Of a DNA stretch of 64,000 nt, positions 1 through 15,315 are shown one piece after another. The position numbers were made by a program, and so were the translations under genes. Within the stretch, counting starts at the first letter, position 1. The number at the start of each line of letters is the position of its first letter. Source of the stretch: Amoebidium appalachense (Eukaryota; Protista; Ichthyosporea); the NCBI GenBank assembly GCA_963693365.1, contig CAVNZM010000010.1, positions 5,152,060 to 5,216,059 on the forward strand, written 5' to 3'. Under the pieces are notes generated by a model. It was not told where the DNA came from and did no database searches. It saw only the letters and a list, made by a program, of their open reading frames with translations.

Positions 1-386
1 GGGGGGGGGGGGGGGGGGGACGGTACGGGTGCGAGGGGGTGGCGAGCGGAAAACGGGTTTGCAAAAAGTTGGTTGTTTTCACAGAGAATAGTGACAGAGG
101 AACGTTTGGCACTGAAGTGTTTTCACAACAATTGTCTTAAGGAAAAGAGACGGTGCGAACGCAGAGCGGACTCATGGCCGAAGAGCTGGTTTCTTAAAAA
201 GAAAATGGACTGACAATGAACGTACATAACCATGCGCATGTAGAAGTAAGGTTAAAAAACAACATGCGCTTATAAACATGGGCATTCGTGTCCGTATACC
301 TGTGTTGGTGCGTGTGGGTATCGAGTTGATGGCGAGGGAAAGGAGCAGGGAGAAACGGTTCCCGGGGGAGAGAAGGGGCCGGGGGA

Positions 387-428
<42 letters not shown>

Positions 429-732
429 CTACCATTGCTTGAGGTGCTTCGGAAAAGCTGACGGCTGACGAAGCCGTCAGATGAATGAGAGCAACCTGTC
501 ATCGAAACCCGTCTGTGTGGCCGAATTACTTAATCTCCGCAAGAGTGAAAGGTAAGGGCCACCAAAGAATGAATATTGAAGAGCACCCTGAATGGTATTG
601 GAAGACAGAAGAACCTGAAAAGTATGTTGCTGTTGCTGAAAACAGCGGTTCGTGCACGTACGTTGGGAAAGAAAATCATTACGTTGACTCCTTGCATGGT
701 GTCCTCCCCCTTACCCCCCCCCCAACACAAAC

Positions 733-1008
<276 letters not shown>

Positions 1009-2702
1009 CCTCCCCTCATACGAAAACCAGGGGGAAAAAAAAGAAACAAAGTTAACAACCTACAGAAAAGAAAACCGTGCCAAACCCACACGAAACATCC
1101 GATGGAGTGGCAGCAGAATTCAACTCACCTTTCAGGCACATGCCCTTCGCGGCGTTTGCTTGCTTGGTTGCTTGAAGGTCTGGTGGCTCATGCCATCACA
1201 CTCTCCGTTCTAATAAGTTCTCTACTTTTACGTGTGCGCTAATGCTGTTCCATCATGAGAGCTATTCTCTTTCAAACAACATACAACCACTTCATATAAC
1301 ATTCACAACTTTAACACAACCAAAACCATTCTTTTGGTTAGCCCCTCCATGACAACACCTTCCTAGCCACCACATGAGCATGTAATTCGCAGTTCACAAA
1401 AAAACTTTGAAAACGAAAGACTGTGAGGAACTGTGGTGATAAAACTGCAAGCTCACAGCACGTGTGACGTCAATGGATCGGCAATGGATCTAGCGTTCAC
1501 ATTCCATAAAGTTTAGGCCGCCAATCACATGCAGGACGAGAAACTCCCCCTAGACATTAATCACCAGGGTGTGACATTGTGTTGCGGGTTACCAAGATGC
1601 AGCGGGTATTTGGTGAGCGACAAGGGCTCCTTGCTGGTTGTTTACATCAAACAATAAATAAAGCTTACATGTGAATGCTCTCAAGCTGCTCTTTTAAAGC
1701 TCTTTAAGCTAAACCACCTGGTTACAAAATAGTTGACAACATTTGACTGCATTCAAGGCGCGGCTCATGCTTCCGGATAAGATGGCAGTTCGAATTTACG
1801 CTTTGGCTATCTCATGATTTGCCCATAGTACTGAGAAGAAAATTTGAAATAATACATATTGTATTCGCACATGTATAGCGGGTCTCGTCTGAGTGACTTT
1901 CATGGGAAACATTTAATAACTTAATACATGGCTATTAAAAGTGCATTACAATTTTGGTTAAAGTTGATATGTATGCGTATCTTCTTTTTAACAGCTTATC
2001 CATGCAAATACATGTTGCATAGTCACTGACATGGCCGACTCACATGATGCACACAGTGCCGCGTGCGGCTCAAATCTGAGGATCTACACCCACACATACC
2101 CAATCCAGCATGCCTCAATCCTCAGTGCTCTGCATGTATTTCTGCTCGACCGTTTGGTGCTTCATTCATCCTATAAAATGTTTATATGACTACAGTATAC
2201 GCCCGGCCACAGAAACGTAGAGGCATGACTATGCCCATGACTATGAGTGACTTGGCTCACGTGGCTCAGGCGGAGCCTCGCGGGCACGTTTTTGATTTTG
2301 ATTGGTGCGTCGTTTTAAATTCGGAATCTCACAAACCTCGGGAGTCGAGAAATCCAGGCCAACTGGTACCCTTGCCTGACTTCAAGGTTTCAAGTGAACA
2401 TCAATACTTCCATCATGATCATTATGTGGCCATGCCACAGACTCACTATTAGAGTCTGTGCCTACTATATCATGATATGCTTATAATACTTTGAGCGCGT
2501 AGTAGTAATACCCAGAAGTGAAATGCTGCCGCAGTGCAAGTCAACTCTGAGTCATGAATTTTTTTTTGCCAAACTGGAACGGTGTGCCAGGTATTTCGTG
2601 TCATTTCGGGCTGACGAGAGTGTAGTTATGGTTGCCTCCGGTACCGCGAGAGGGTCACACGCAAAAGGGAGCCGTGGCCGGGGGCCCGAAGGGAAGGGAA
2701 AA

Positions 2703-2734
<32 letters not shown>

Positions 2735-3171
2735 AGGAATTGAAAGTATTGAATTATGGAGGTTTCAATGGCATGACCTGGGTTTGCTCTCTTTCTGATG
2801 GGTGGGCGAATTAGGCTGAAAAACATTCACAAAAGAAATATGAATGCCACCATGATCCAGAAAAAAGAACACACCGGTATACAACACACACACAACAAAA
2901 ATGTGGACCCCAGCCCCTTACTAGCGACGACCCACAGTCTATTAAACACTTACGGAAATGGGTGTTTTAATTGGTCATACCATACACAAATACGAAATGC
3001 GTGTCTCGCTGAGGCCAGCCTTCAGTCAGTCGTCTTGGTAAAACGTCTCCTTGTTATTATGTATAAAGCCTAGACTTTCAAAACGGGCAAAAGAAGATAA
3101 AGCAACCTGGAAGCAAACACAAAATCTGATGTGCTGTGATGTAATTTTGGTTTGGTTCCTTATGTGCTCGT

Positions 3172-3584
3172 CTACTCGTCCTTCCAGTCCTTGGCAATCT
3201 TGATTGTGTACTCAAAGTCAAGGTGGCATTGGTCGTCGTCATCAATGAACTGTGGGAGAAACATGTGTTATCATAAGTTGCTTGTTTGAAAGTAAACCGT
3301 GAAAGTGCATATGCTATGCATAAATATCCCCCCCCCACCCACCCACCCACCCCCCACCCACCCACCCACCCCAAAAAAAAAAGACCCCCACACACCTACA
3401 CCCACTCACCCACCTACCCACAACTTGACATACACGGCACCAAGTTAATTGACATGGTTATTAGGTGTTTGTGATCATCTGTGCCTGTGCACGCTGTATG
3501 ATTCGTGCTGGTGTGTACGTGTGTGTGTGCGTGCGCGCACGCGAGCCTGTAAGACAGAGAGAGGGAGAGGGGGGGGGGGGGGGG

Positions 3585-3615
<31 letters not shown>

Positions 3616-3821
3616 ACAGGGCAAAGCAGATAGCATACACAGCGAAAAAAATGAAAGAGACGGAACCGGAGCAGAAAGCAGCATATAATGGGAAAGAAAA
3701 AGATTCTTGATGAAGAAATCCATGTGCTTTATGTAATGCTGGGCAAAGGTTATACTTGGTATAACCACACATGTGCGTGTATGCGTGTGTATGTGGTGTG
3801 TGTGTTCTTTTTTTTTTTTTT

Positions 3822-3874
<53 letters not shown>

Positions 3875-3965
3875 AATACAATAAAGAATAAAAACGAGAG
3901 AGTTAAAAGCAAAGCAGGCCAGAAGGACAGAGAAACACCGCCACGGGAAGGGCGGGCAGGCCCCC

Positions 3966-3998
<33 letters not shown>

Positions 3999-5419
3999 AG
4001 GGCAGGGCAGGGCATAGAACTAGAAACCCCAACCCAGAAGTGAATATGCATGTTCCTTCGCGTCCTACAGGAAAAAGGAAAACAAAAGCGAATCCATGTT
4101 TGGCTCGGGTGTATAAAAAAAAGGGAGGGGAAGGGGGAAGGGGGGGGGGGGGGGGGGGGGGGGGGGAGGTTACATATCGGTATTCGATGCCCTGTCGTAT
4201 GCAAGGTGAGTTTGTTTATGCAGTGCGCCTGCACCTGATTAACAAACCATGCATATAGCCAATATGAGCACTACTTACTCTTTCTAGTACATTAAACAAA
4301 AGGTTTATGCGACAAGGTAAAGCCAACCCACCTTCATGTGCGCCTTGTACTCGCCCCTTGCCAGCATGCCGGACGGTGCCTCCATGTACTCCCCGCCACC
4401 GATATCGAGGCTGCCGAACTCGGTTTTGGGTGGGTAGGACCCGAGCATCTCGGTCTCAGACTGCAACTTCTTGCCCATTTTTGACACTGTGCTCTGGATC
4501 TTCAACCCGGCAACCACCTGGTGCTGAACGCGGAAGTGCACGCGGATCTTGTACTCGGCCCCCTCCTTGATGAGGAGCGGTGTGTCCTTTGCTTTCTTAA
4601 TGTCCGCCTCCTGCTCCCAGCACGTGCAATCGTCAGTACCTTGGCTCCACATATCTCTCCCCCCCCCCCCCCCCCCCCTCCCCCCCCTCATTCATCCCAC
4701 GCTCCCTTAAAAACACCCCTGCACATACACACGTGTACGCACACCACGCAGAAACATTTTTTTCATTGAGCATTCAGCCAAGCATAATAATAAAACACAC
4801 CTAATAATACAGGGCTACCAGGTGCTGGAACTGCCACAGAGGTGTCGTGTGTCCTACAGCAAGACTATAAAAGCTTAATAATGGGCATAAGAACCTAGAG
4901 TAAGCACACCAAAGACATGGTTGGTATATCTATTGCTAGAGATAGAACACGATCAGCCTTTTAACCCTCCCCCCTCCCCCCCCCCCCCCCCTCCAGGGAA
5001 ACATTTATCGAGGACCCAAGCCCCACACACTCACACACGCCAAGTTGAGCATGGCAACCAATGCTGCAGTAACTACAGAGAAGCAGGAAAGTTGAACGTT
5101 CATTCTCCATCCATCCCCCCCCCCCCCCCCCCCCCCTTCCCCTCCCCCAAACCACACACACGTGGGTGCGCGTGCAAAAATACGCTAGCATTTGTTTGGA
5201 GGATAACATACGTGTACTGGAAAAAGCCACAGATCCGTTCTTCACCCGTCATCGTCCAAACCCCATAGCCTCAATTCCTAACCACACCCGACTCAAAGAT
5301 ACATGCAACCATAAATTACACACAGACACACCAATTTAAAGGCAAAAAGCAACATTACAGAATACGAAATCCATAATACGACGGATGGCACACTGTCGAG
5401 TTGAAAACCCGTTGGAAGG

Positions 5420-5460
<41 letters not shown>

Positions 5461-6483
5461 GGGGGCAGTGAAGGAGCAAGCGGGAGGGAGGGAGGGAGGG
5501 AGGGAAAGAAAAAAGGGGGGAGGGTGGGGGAGGAGGAGAAGAGAGAAAAGAAGTAGGAGCATCTGTAGCGCTCAGAAGGAGAGGAGAGTAACCACAAAGA
5601 AAAGGGAAACCGCTGTGCAGATTACTGAGTACCGTGGTATGCACTACAAGGACACGGCACATGTGGGCTGGCATAGACACACGCGCACCGGAACAGTGAA
5701 CAAAAGCATGCCGGAGTCCGAGGGGAGGGGGGGAGGGGAGAAGGAGGGGAGATCGCTATGACGGCATAGAGCGAAAAAGGTATGGCCGTGCACATGCAAC
5801 GACACCAACAAAAACAATGCAGGGGGGGTAGGAGGGAGCTCGTGGGGGGGGGTTGGGGGGCTACACGGAGGGGAACGCAACAGACAACCGGAAAAACGAG
5901 AAAAAATAAACAATAAAAGGCGAGAAACATCAAAGAGATGCACGAGCTATAGAAGGGAACACAAGTGTTCTGTGGGTGGATTGGACGGAAACCAAGAGAA
6001 GGCCGTAGTTTGGCAGGTATAAAAGGCCCCTTCCACAAAGACACATAATAAACGAACAGATGAACATCATGCACAAGTAGCAGTGTAGGCCCTCACTCGA
6101 CCCATGCACAAGCCAAAGGCCGTATCATTGAGTTGGTAAAAAAACGACACGCAGAAGGTGTTGGGGGCTAAGGGCGGCGACCAACCTAACGGGAGAGAAG
6201 TTGGACAAGAACGAAAAGAAGACAAATAGAGACGAAAAAATGGGGGGAAACGAAGTAGATTTCCGGTTAGCCAGTAGCCATTAAGAGTAAAAAGCAAGCA
6301 TACCGAGTCCAATGTCAATACAGCAGGCTGGTGGTCCTTGAAAACGATCTCAAGTTTGCTGATAACCACCCGCCTGGGGTCATCCTTAGGGGGAACATAG
6401 TCGGGGTCGATGCCGAGCGCCTTAAGGTAGGCAATCATAGCAGGGTCATTCTTCTCCTTCTCGAAAAACGTCTTTTCTGCCAT
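3172..6483 (-). CDS. Rho GDP-dissociation inhibitor (RhoGDI), 3 exons, 178 aa
   Basis: Exons 6483-6304, 4610-4332 and 3249-3172, all GT-AG and phase 0. Motifs: DDPRRVVISKL, IKEGAEYKIRVHFRVQHQVVAGL, EMLGSYPP, EAPSGMLARGEY, FIDDDDQCHLDFEYTIKIAKDWKDE*. Confidence 0.95.
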
Positions 6484-7264
6484 TTTCTAATGTTTGTAAG
6501 GCACAACTCGACAAGTGACAAAAAACGAGCGAAAAAAGAATGAGGGCCCTGAAACAGAGGCCGGCGGCAAAAACTTTATCATCCGTGCCCGTCTGACGCA
6601 ACCTTTTTGATTGGATGAAAATGCAGCGCAAACAACGGGGGCAAAACCACAGTATCTGTGCCTGGCAAAAACTAATACAGAAATACTCTAAAGCTGTTAA
6701 AAAGCCAAATAAAAGTAAAGAAAAATTATAAATTTACGTTTAAAGTTATATCACTGCAAATTACTTCTATTTTTGTTGATATTTTAACGATTGTTTTGTC
6801 GCTGCAAAAAATGCGTATTCCTTTTGTCTTTACACGCTTTATTGCAGTGTCAAGCAGCAGATGCTTTGAGAGCCAATCATCACAGCCCGCATTTTGAAGC
6901 CGTTCGACACGGCGGGCAAAAAAGTTGCGTACAGAAGGTGACTGAGAGAAGGAGGAAATAAACAGAACATGCTTTTTTTTACGGATGATGAGTACGAATC
7001 CTGTGGCTCTGCGCCGTGACCTGTTGAATAAAATAGAGAAGCATTTTAGAGGTCTGTCATTTTTACTAAGGGCAAACATGAGGCTGGTAGTCGTTCACTG
7101 CAGCTGATGTAAGATCTTCAGGCCAGATCCGGCCTGTTTCTCAAGCCGTAGTCACTTCCACACGCACGGTTGAAGAGTTGGGGTAGCGTCCAAGCGGGGA
7201 GGGAACAGAACGGGATGTCGGCGGGAGGACGCAGGGGGGAGGGTGTGTTTGTCTGTGTGTGTGT

Positions 7265-7322
<58 letters not shown>

Positions 7323-7953
7323 CTGCTAAAGACCGTGTAGGCATAAATCATAGAGATTATGAATTCATGAAGCTTATCTCTGGCATCGCACAGCCTTCAA
7401 TGGTGCCACGGAACGATTTCTCACCAAAAACATAGTCAAAGCAAAATCCCATTTTCAACTTAATAGATTTTTATTCGTTTTCCTCCTCAAGCTTTCTGCA
7501 ATGCCAATGCCGTAAACCTGCTAGATATTTGTTGCCTTTGTCACCAACGAGGACCCTCGATCAGGATCACAGCTTACATGTGCAAGTTGCAGGAATACAT
7601 AACATACACAGGCCCACTCGCTAAATGACTCTCGTGGCCACAACAATTTCCTTTTCCTATTTCAGAATGAATGATATATACTTTATTGGACAGAGCCTTG
7701 ACTTGAAATGTACATTATGCTTTATGAATGTCTTGTTGTGTGCTGCAGGAAAGGCAAAGGGATGGAAATTGCCAAAAGTCATGCCCATTCTCTCGTTTCC
7801 AGTTAAAGCAGTCCAGCAGTTACACCTGAGCAACTCTTCACACATAACTGCACATTCACATATGTTGTCAGGTTACCTAAACCTCTACACTGATGTCTTT
7901 CAGCAAGAATAGGAAACATACCCACATCCACCGCAAGTTCACAAACACCGCAA

Positions 7954-8478
7954 TTATGCGTCCTGTGCATAGGCGTCGTAGAGGTCAATGTTGAGCTTCG
8001 CAGCCATGTGCTCAAGATAGGCACGGACTTTAGCTGGCCACACGAGCTCCTACACCCACACATGGTTAAAAATCATCTTTACAGCCCCTACCGTGCACCA
8101 AATAGCATAAAATGATAACATACAGAGCAAAGATCTTGTTTCTAACGAAAGGATCGACCTACCACTCGAAGTAGCGCTCAAGCACTTAACCAACTGGTAG
8201 GCTGATGAGTACGTGTTTGAAATTTTTTAACTAACTTCTGCCGCTGGCTGTTCACGAGCGGGTAGGCCAGGCCTTGATATAGATGGAGATCCCGAATAGA
8301 ACAATACGACACCTACTTTAGGTGAACACTACTCACTTGGGCATGCGCATGTGTACGTTATACGTCTGTGTTTGTATAAATGTAGGTGTGCGTGTGTATG
8401 TATTTTGGGTGCGTAAATGTTTTTTCTTTGTCTTTTTTTTTTTTCTTTTTTCTTTTTTCTTTTTTTTTTCCTTTTTTT

Positions 8479-8532
<54 letters not shown>

Positions 8533-8593
8533 TTAGAGTGCGCTGCGGAGTACTACTGACGAAGTACACTGGGCGGTGGTGGCGGAGAGGGGG

Positions 8594-8624
<31 letters not shown>

Positions 8625-9206
8625 AGGGGGGGGGGGGAGGCGGGGAGTGTCCTAACGAAGGAGTGGCCACAAGACACCAACAGAGCGAGGGAGACGTAAC
8701 AGGGCAAGGACACCTTGGTGCTCGCAAGAAAAACGTACCTTAATCAATGTCATTCCACGCAGACGCCCAAAAACGGCAATATCGTCTTCACTGACAAAAT
8801 CCTCCTGTTCAAAGCAGGCAGTCAGCATAATAATAGCTACTGATATGGGCGGCGAAATGGGCGGCGTGGGGGGGAGAAGGAGGGGGAGAGGGGGGAGGGG
8901 GATGCTCGTGCGCTTTAAAGTGACGTGGTTGGGTTGTGTCTAACTGTTTTGATGGGCCATGTGGTGTCTTATGTGTGTGTGGAGGTGGGGGCCAAGGGGT
9001 AAAGTGGGAAGGCAGCAAGGCAGGCCTGCTGCCGAGGCACGGTCTAGAGTAAAACCTTGTACAGATACCGTCCGCGAATAAGAACCCCCCAAAATGTGGC
9101 CGGGGGGCGGAATCTTCAAAGAGTAAAATTGGTGCAAAACTTGTGCTAGTGCTATATGGAGGCATAGAAAGGCAGGTATGAGACTGTGTGTGTGTGTGTA
9201 TGTGTG

Positions 9207-9241
<35 letters not shown>

Positions 9242-9722
9242 GAATGCACAATAGATTACAAAGTACACATTCACAACGGACACCACAATGCAGGTTGCAA
9301 ACCGCGCACAAAGAGTATGCATAATAAACAGAGTCCATCCACACGGGAGGGAGGACCCCGTCGTACTCAAGAGTACCCGAGGAGTGTGTGTGTGTGGGGG
9401 GGGGGGGGGGGGATAATGTGTGTGTGGGACATAGGAGGGAGGTGGGGGGAAAGGGGAGGGGGGGGAGAAGGGGGGGGGGGGAGGGAGATAATGTGTGTGT
9501 GGGACATAGGAGGGTGGTGGTGGTGGTAGGGGGGGGGGGGGGGGGGGGGGGAGGGGGGGGGAGGGGGGACGGGGGCATATATGACATACCCCATGAATGC
9601 CCTTCTCTGATTGAATGATGTTGCTTAGCTCCTCCATTCTGCAAATGGGAGCGGGCGGCGAGGGGAGGGAGGGGGGGGGGGGAAGGGGGGGTAAGTAGTG
9701 TGTGTGTCGTGCATCTGTGTGT

Positions 9723-9795
<73 letters not shown>

Positions 9796-10118
9796 CGCGC
9801 GTGTGTTTGGAGGGGAAGAAGGGGGGGGGGGGCACAACTAATGAGTTTGCTTGCCAGGTCTCCCCTAATTTTTTTGTTTTTGTGCCGGTGTGTTCTTTTG
9901 TGTAGGTGTAGTAGAGTAGGAACGTCAGCATGCTTGGTACCAAAGAGGGGGGGGGGGGGGGGGGGGGACTCAGCATGTAGTGTAGAAATTCGGTGCAAAC
10001 ACCGTGTAGACGATTGTAAAAAATGAGAAATAACACGCTTGCGGAAAGGCACATAAAGGTGATCAGGTGTGTGTGTGGTGGTGGTGGTGGTGGTGGTGGT
10101 GGTGGTGGTGGTGGTGGT

Positions 10119-10149
<31 letters not shown>

Positions 10150-10262
10150 GCTCAAATGTGTCACATAGGGTCACCAAAATTCGTAACGAATCACAGCAGA
10201 AAACGGTATAACATGCAAAAACGAGTGCACAAACGAAATTTCAGCATGAGCAAATCCCGCCC

Positions 10263-10296
<34 letters not shown>

Positions 10297-10974
10297 TGCA
10301 TAAGGGGGTCGGGATTTTGAAAATGGATACAACACAAAGGAAAATATCACCCCCAGGGGAGGAGGAGGAGGGGGGGGGGGGGGGGGGGGTGTTGTACTTC
10401 GGGTTGAGGTGTTCAAGCATTTCCAAAGTCTTTGCGAGTGCCTCGGCAAAAGAACACCCAATCACTGCTTCTTTCTTAGCGGTGAAGTATGCCTGTGATT
10501 ATATTTATAACGTCACCATATCATTGGTTAGCTTTGGTTAGCAAAATGGTGAAACCATAGGAATGGTCATAGATGGGGTTTCTCGGTAAATGGTGTGAGG
10601 GCTGGGTGGGTGAGTCAAGAAAACATGGTGGATTCCAGAGTGTCAGTTGGCAGGAAATGAAAGGAGAGGAGGGGTGTCGGCCGGTAGGGAGGAAGGGGTG
10701 GAGGGGGTCTTTTCTTTTCTTCTCTTTCTTTTCCTGTTGGGGGAGGGAGGGGCGGGAAGGGGCGGGAAGGGGGGGGGGGGGGGGGGGGATTGAATATTGT
10801 GTGATCGATGGTCAAATTGCCACCCTTCTACATGCCCACTCACCCACTCACTTTCCTGAGGATTTGGCTTCGCAGAAATGAAACCACACGCTCGCGGGGT
10901 GGGTAGCTAAAAGCATTGGAAAGTGGAACTCCACAAAAGAGGCACGCACACACAATCTGGGTGCCCCCCTCTTC

Positions 10975-11020
<46 letters not shown>

Positions 11021-11193
11021 ACACACACGCACACACCCTTCCCGTATCCAACCACCACCCATCCCTTACTTTTGGACTCCTTCTGACCTTCACTGATTAC
11101 TTTCCCTCTTTCTACGCTAGAAGCCCCTCCCCCTCTCCTCACCCCATCCCCCTCCCCCCCACCCTTCCCCCCCGACACACACACGCACGCACG

Positions 11194-11250
<57 letters not shown>

Positions 11251-11516
11251 GCGCGCGCGAAAAAAAAGGGGGGGGGGGAAGGGGGGGGGGAGAAAGGGAG
11301 GAAGGAAGAAGAAAAGAAACGCAAAGACAGGAAAAAAACTCTCATTCCCTATACTTCCCAATCACGTAAATCTTCTTCTCCTCTTCTAATTTCCCGTGTT
11401 GTAATTTTAATCTTTCGCTTATTTTCGGTTCTTCTTCTTTATCATCATCCTTCCCCCCCCTTCCCCCCCCCCCCCCCCCCTCCCTTTTTTTTTTTTTTGA
11501 CGGTGGTGGGTGGGTG

Positions 11517-11566
<50 letters not shown>

Positions 11567-12303
11567 TTACCTTTGAGGCATCATCCTCAAATTCGATCAA
11601 CGGGGCACGGGCCCAACGGGGGAAAAGCAAAACTGTTGATGTTTAGCACATTGTCAGTACTTCTCTTGCAAAACTTTGGTTCAATAGGAATCCAGCTATA
11701 CGTATTGTCATTCGTAAGAGTTTACAGGCATGCCAAAAGAACTATTTTGCACGATCTGAGATGTTATAAAAACCAATATTTTGTAGGTACTATTTTAGAT
11801 ATGTAGCAAAACAGGGGCCACTTTGTAGCACAGGGGCCCCACAGACTGATCTAGACTCCCAACTGTTCTTCGAAACAACTTGCAAACAAAGCGAGACACC
11901 GTGCATCCACTCACTTCTCAAAAGGGGGCTCGTCGATGAAATCCAATCGGCAATGTCAGCCCGGCCTGATGCAGGCTGAACCATTCTTTCACCTGAAGGG
12001 GCCCATGAATGAGCATAAAAGATAAGCAGAAAGAAGGAATGAAGAAGGAAAAAAACGATCAGAAAACGCAACCAAAAGAACCGTTGTATAAGAGCACTGT
12101 GCACTTCCCTTCCTATCCCTCTCCTCCCCCCCTCCCTCCGTTCTTGCAATTCTCCATTCCCCAGTCCTTTCTCCCTTCCACCCCCTCCCCCCCCCCTCCT
12201 CCCCCTCCCTTTGTGACTCTCTCTGTCTCCTCCCCCTCTCCCCCCTGCCCCTCCCTGAGCCTGCCCCTCTCCATAGTTCCCCCTCTCCCTTTATCTCGCT
12301 TGT

Positions 12304-12347
<44 letters not shown>

Positions 12348-12648
12348 CCCCACACACACACACACACACACTCAACCCTTTCCCCCCAAACAATGATCAT
12401 GAACAGGTAAGCAAGCAACCACCCGTCCCACCACGTCCTTCCCCTACCCGGACACTTACGAATATGCATTGTGCACTTGACTAAAAATGATTCAACACAC
12501 ACACACGTGTTCTATTCTCTTCTACACACACACGTGTTCTATTCTCTTCTACTTTCTTCATACACCAATGCTCAATACCTCTCAATCCCTCCCAATTGCT
12601 CTTAGGACTTTTTGCCCAGTATTGTCTTCACCTTTTTCTTTTTTTTTT

Positions 12649-12679
<31 letters not shown>

Positions 12680-13378
12680 GAGGGGGGGGGGGGGGGGGGG
12701 GCACTGGGGGTATCCATCCCCCTGTCCTCGCCCCCTCGCCTCTTGCGCTCTCTCTCTTCCCCCCGTTCTCACCCCTTGCACCACTCCATAACCCACCAAT
12801 TTCCTTGCCATATTTGCTACCCCCCCCCCCCCCCCCCTCTTCCCTCCCCCAAAAAAGCGCTCCGATTAAAGAGCACCCAAAACAACCACATCCTTATCCA
12901 TCTACCCATGGATCATGCACGCGCACACACACCCGTGCATGCTTTTGTTTGTGCACACACATACGCACCGAAATTTGCATCCACCCAGCGCACAATGTCC
13001 ATACTCTCCGCCATGGCCGTACCGTCGGGTTTCACCAAAATCGGCACCATCTTCTTGCCTAAAATCAGATCGGAAAATCAATCAAATAGTTAATACTCGG
13101 TGTTTGAGGGCTTTTTTCCTTTTTGGTTTTATTTATTTATTTATTTATTTATTTTTTTTTTTTTTGGGGGGGGGGGGAGGGGGGGGGCAGGGGATTAGGG
13201 GTGAGAGAGGGAGGGGGTAGAACGGGTAAAGAGAGAAGGGGGGCGAGGGGCCGGGGGGGGGGGGGGGGGGGGGGGGGGGTAACTAAGAGCGGAATATTCT
13301 TACACGAAGCTGAAACAAAGCAAATGCACTGCAACGGTGCACCCCCAATGGTGTGTGTGTGTGTTGTGTGTGTGTGTT

Positions 13379-13421
<43 letters not shown>

Positions 13422-14229
13422 GGGGCAATAGCCACACAACTACCAAGAACACAGGAAGAAAAGATAACGAAAAAAGCAGCAGGTGAGGGGCATACAACGT
13501 GTTCAAGTGATTGATTGGTTTGAGGGTTGACAGGGGGGAAGAACCGGGCGGGGGGGTGTGGACGGGGAGGGGGGGGGGGGGGAGTGGGGAAGGGGGGGGA
13601 GGGGGGGGGGGGTCAAACAAACTGACAGGGGTGGTAAGATCCTCATTCTGGATGGTTTTACTCAGGTCAAAGCCAGGAGTTTTGAGTCAGAAACAGGGCG
13701 AGTGTGTGTCCGTGCGTGTTTTGTCTCTCTTGTCGCAGGGGGGCAGATGGGAAGGGGGGGGGGGGGGGGGAGGCGGGGGGAGGGGGGGGAGGGGGGGGGG
13801 GGGGGAGGGGGGGAGGGAGGGGGGAGGGTGGGGGGGGAGGGGGGGGGGGGAGTATATACCAATCAAACCGATGGGAGTGGCCTCATCTGCATTCGGGATG
13901 GTCTTCAACTCGAAATCGAGCTTTTTGAGCCCAAACACGCACCGTGCTGGTAAGATAGGTGATCAGGAGGTTTTCACAGCTACACATTTTGCGAAAGAAT
14001 TGGATAGAGGTCTGAATCGGGAGGTCCTGTGAACAGAACAAGCCCGAACACACAGTAGCTGCAGAATAAGGAAACCTCTAAAGGCCAGCTGTTGGCAAAA
14101 GGGGGGGAGGGGGGCAGGGGGGGGGGGGGGCGGGGGAGAAGGAGGATGGAAGCTCTAAAACCCTACGTGCAAGAGCGAGGAATAGATGAGTAACTGGGGG
14201 AAGGGGGGACAGGACAAGGGGGCGGGGCG

Positions 14230-14263
<34 letters not shown>

Positions 14264-14493
14264 GGAGAAGAGGTTGGGAGGGAGAAAGACACAGAAAATT
14301 GAGTGAGGCGGTTATCGGGATTGAGGGAAGGAAGGAAGAGGAGCGGGAGGGGGTGTTGGGGTGTAAGGAGAAGAGAGGGTGAAGAGAGAGAGAAGCAGGG
14401 CGGGAGGGGAAGGGATGGGGGAATGGTGGGCAGGGGGCGGGGGTTGCGGGAGGGCGAGGTGTATATCTGCAATGGGGTGGGATGGAGGAAGCA

Positions 14494-14531
<38 letters not shown>

Positions 14532-14628
14532 CAAGGGGGAGGGGGGAGGGGGGAGGGATGTGGGGGCTACCTATGACGCAATACGGGCAGTGGTCGTAGA
14601 CATAAAGAGTCATGTTGCTGGCCGCCAT
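7954..14628 (-). CDS. grxB: Glutaredoxin-2 (GrxB-type, GST-like fold), 9 exons, 226 aa
   Basis: Exons 14628-14571, 13946-13860, 13058-12969, 11992-11915, 11632-11571, 10492-10398, 9638-9590, 8804-8739 and 8049-7954 total 681 nt with consistent phases. Product [22 protein letters not shown]...[23 protein letters not shown]...[13 protein letters not shown]...YFTAKKEA...[26 protein letters not shown] is colinear with E. coli Grx2 as I recall it (MKLYIYDHCPYC..., ESMDIV, SEDDI). Confidence 0.93.
9240..9381 (-). mobile_element. Structured dispersed element, 5'-truncated diverged copy F (grxB intron 7)
   Basis: Reverse complement CTCGGGTACT...GGGTCC...GGATGGACTCTGTTTATTATGCATACTCTT...GCATTCAA followed by poly(C) aligns with copy D. 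Confidence 0.65.
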
Positions 14629-15055
14629 GGTTGACTCTACACTTCTCAGGCTATTGGAAACAATAGGGGGGATATGGAAGGGGGAGGGGGGGTTTAGCAA
14701 CGAAAGAAACGTTGGGGCTGTTGAAGTGGACCGTGACTCGAGTGACTGACAGCCCACGGGTGACAGGGAGGGAGACAAAAGTTCCGGAGAAGTTTTGCTA
14801 TTTTTTGTCTTTGTGCTTTTGGTTGGATAATAGAATTACAGGAGCCAATCAACATGTGCGACTGGTCGAATACATTCCTCCAGAGATCTCAAACACTGCC
14901 CGCAGGCCGCATGCGGCGGAGGCTACGAGGGTCGTCATGACAGGCGTGGGTGCAGATCTGCAGAAAAGAAAGGAGATCACGTGCACACGTGTTTATCTGG
15001 AAGAACATGCATATTTCCGACGGATTGCAGCACACAGCAAACCGGCGCACAAATG

Positions 15056-15157
<102 letters not shown>

Positions 15158-15197
15158 GCAAGGAGGCACACACACACAGACACACACATACACGCAC

Positions 15198-15245
<48 letters not shown>

Positions 15246-15261
15246 ACAGACACACACACAT

Positions 15262-15315
<54 letters not shown>

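Noticed and set aside
8201-8230. CTGATGAG...GAAA hammerhead-like core
   Set aside because: No convincing stems I-III around it.
10840-10965. Possible extra grxB exon (AG...GTGAGT bounded island)
   Set aside because: GrxB is complete and colinear without it, and its translations do not fit the family.
12500-12555. Short local tandem duplications (also about 9410-9515, 48990-49110, 45850-46120, 60243-60290)
   Set aside because: Ordinary slippage duplications next to microsatellites with no further structure.
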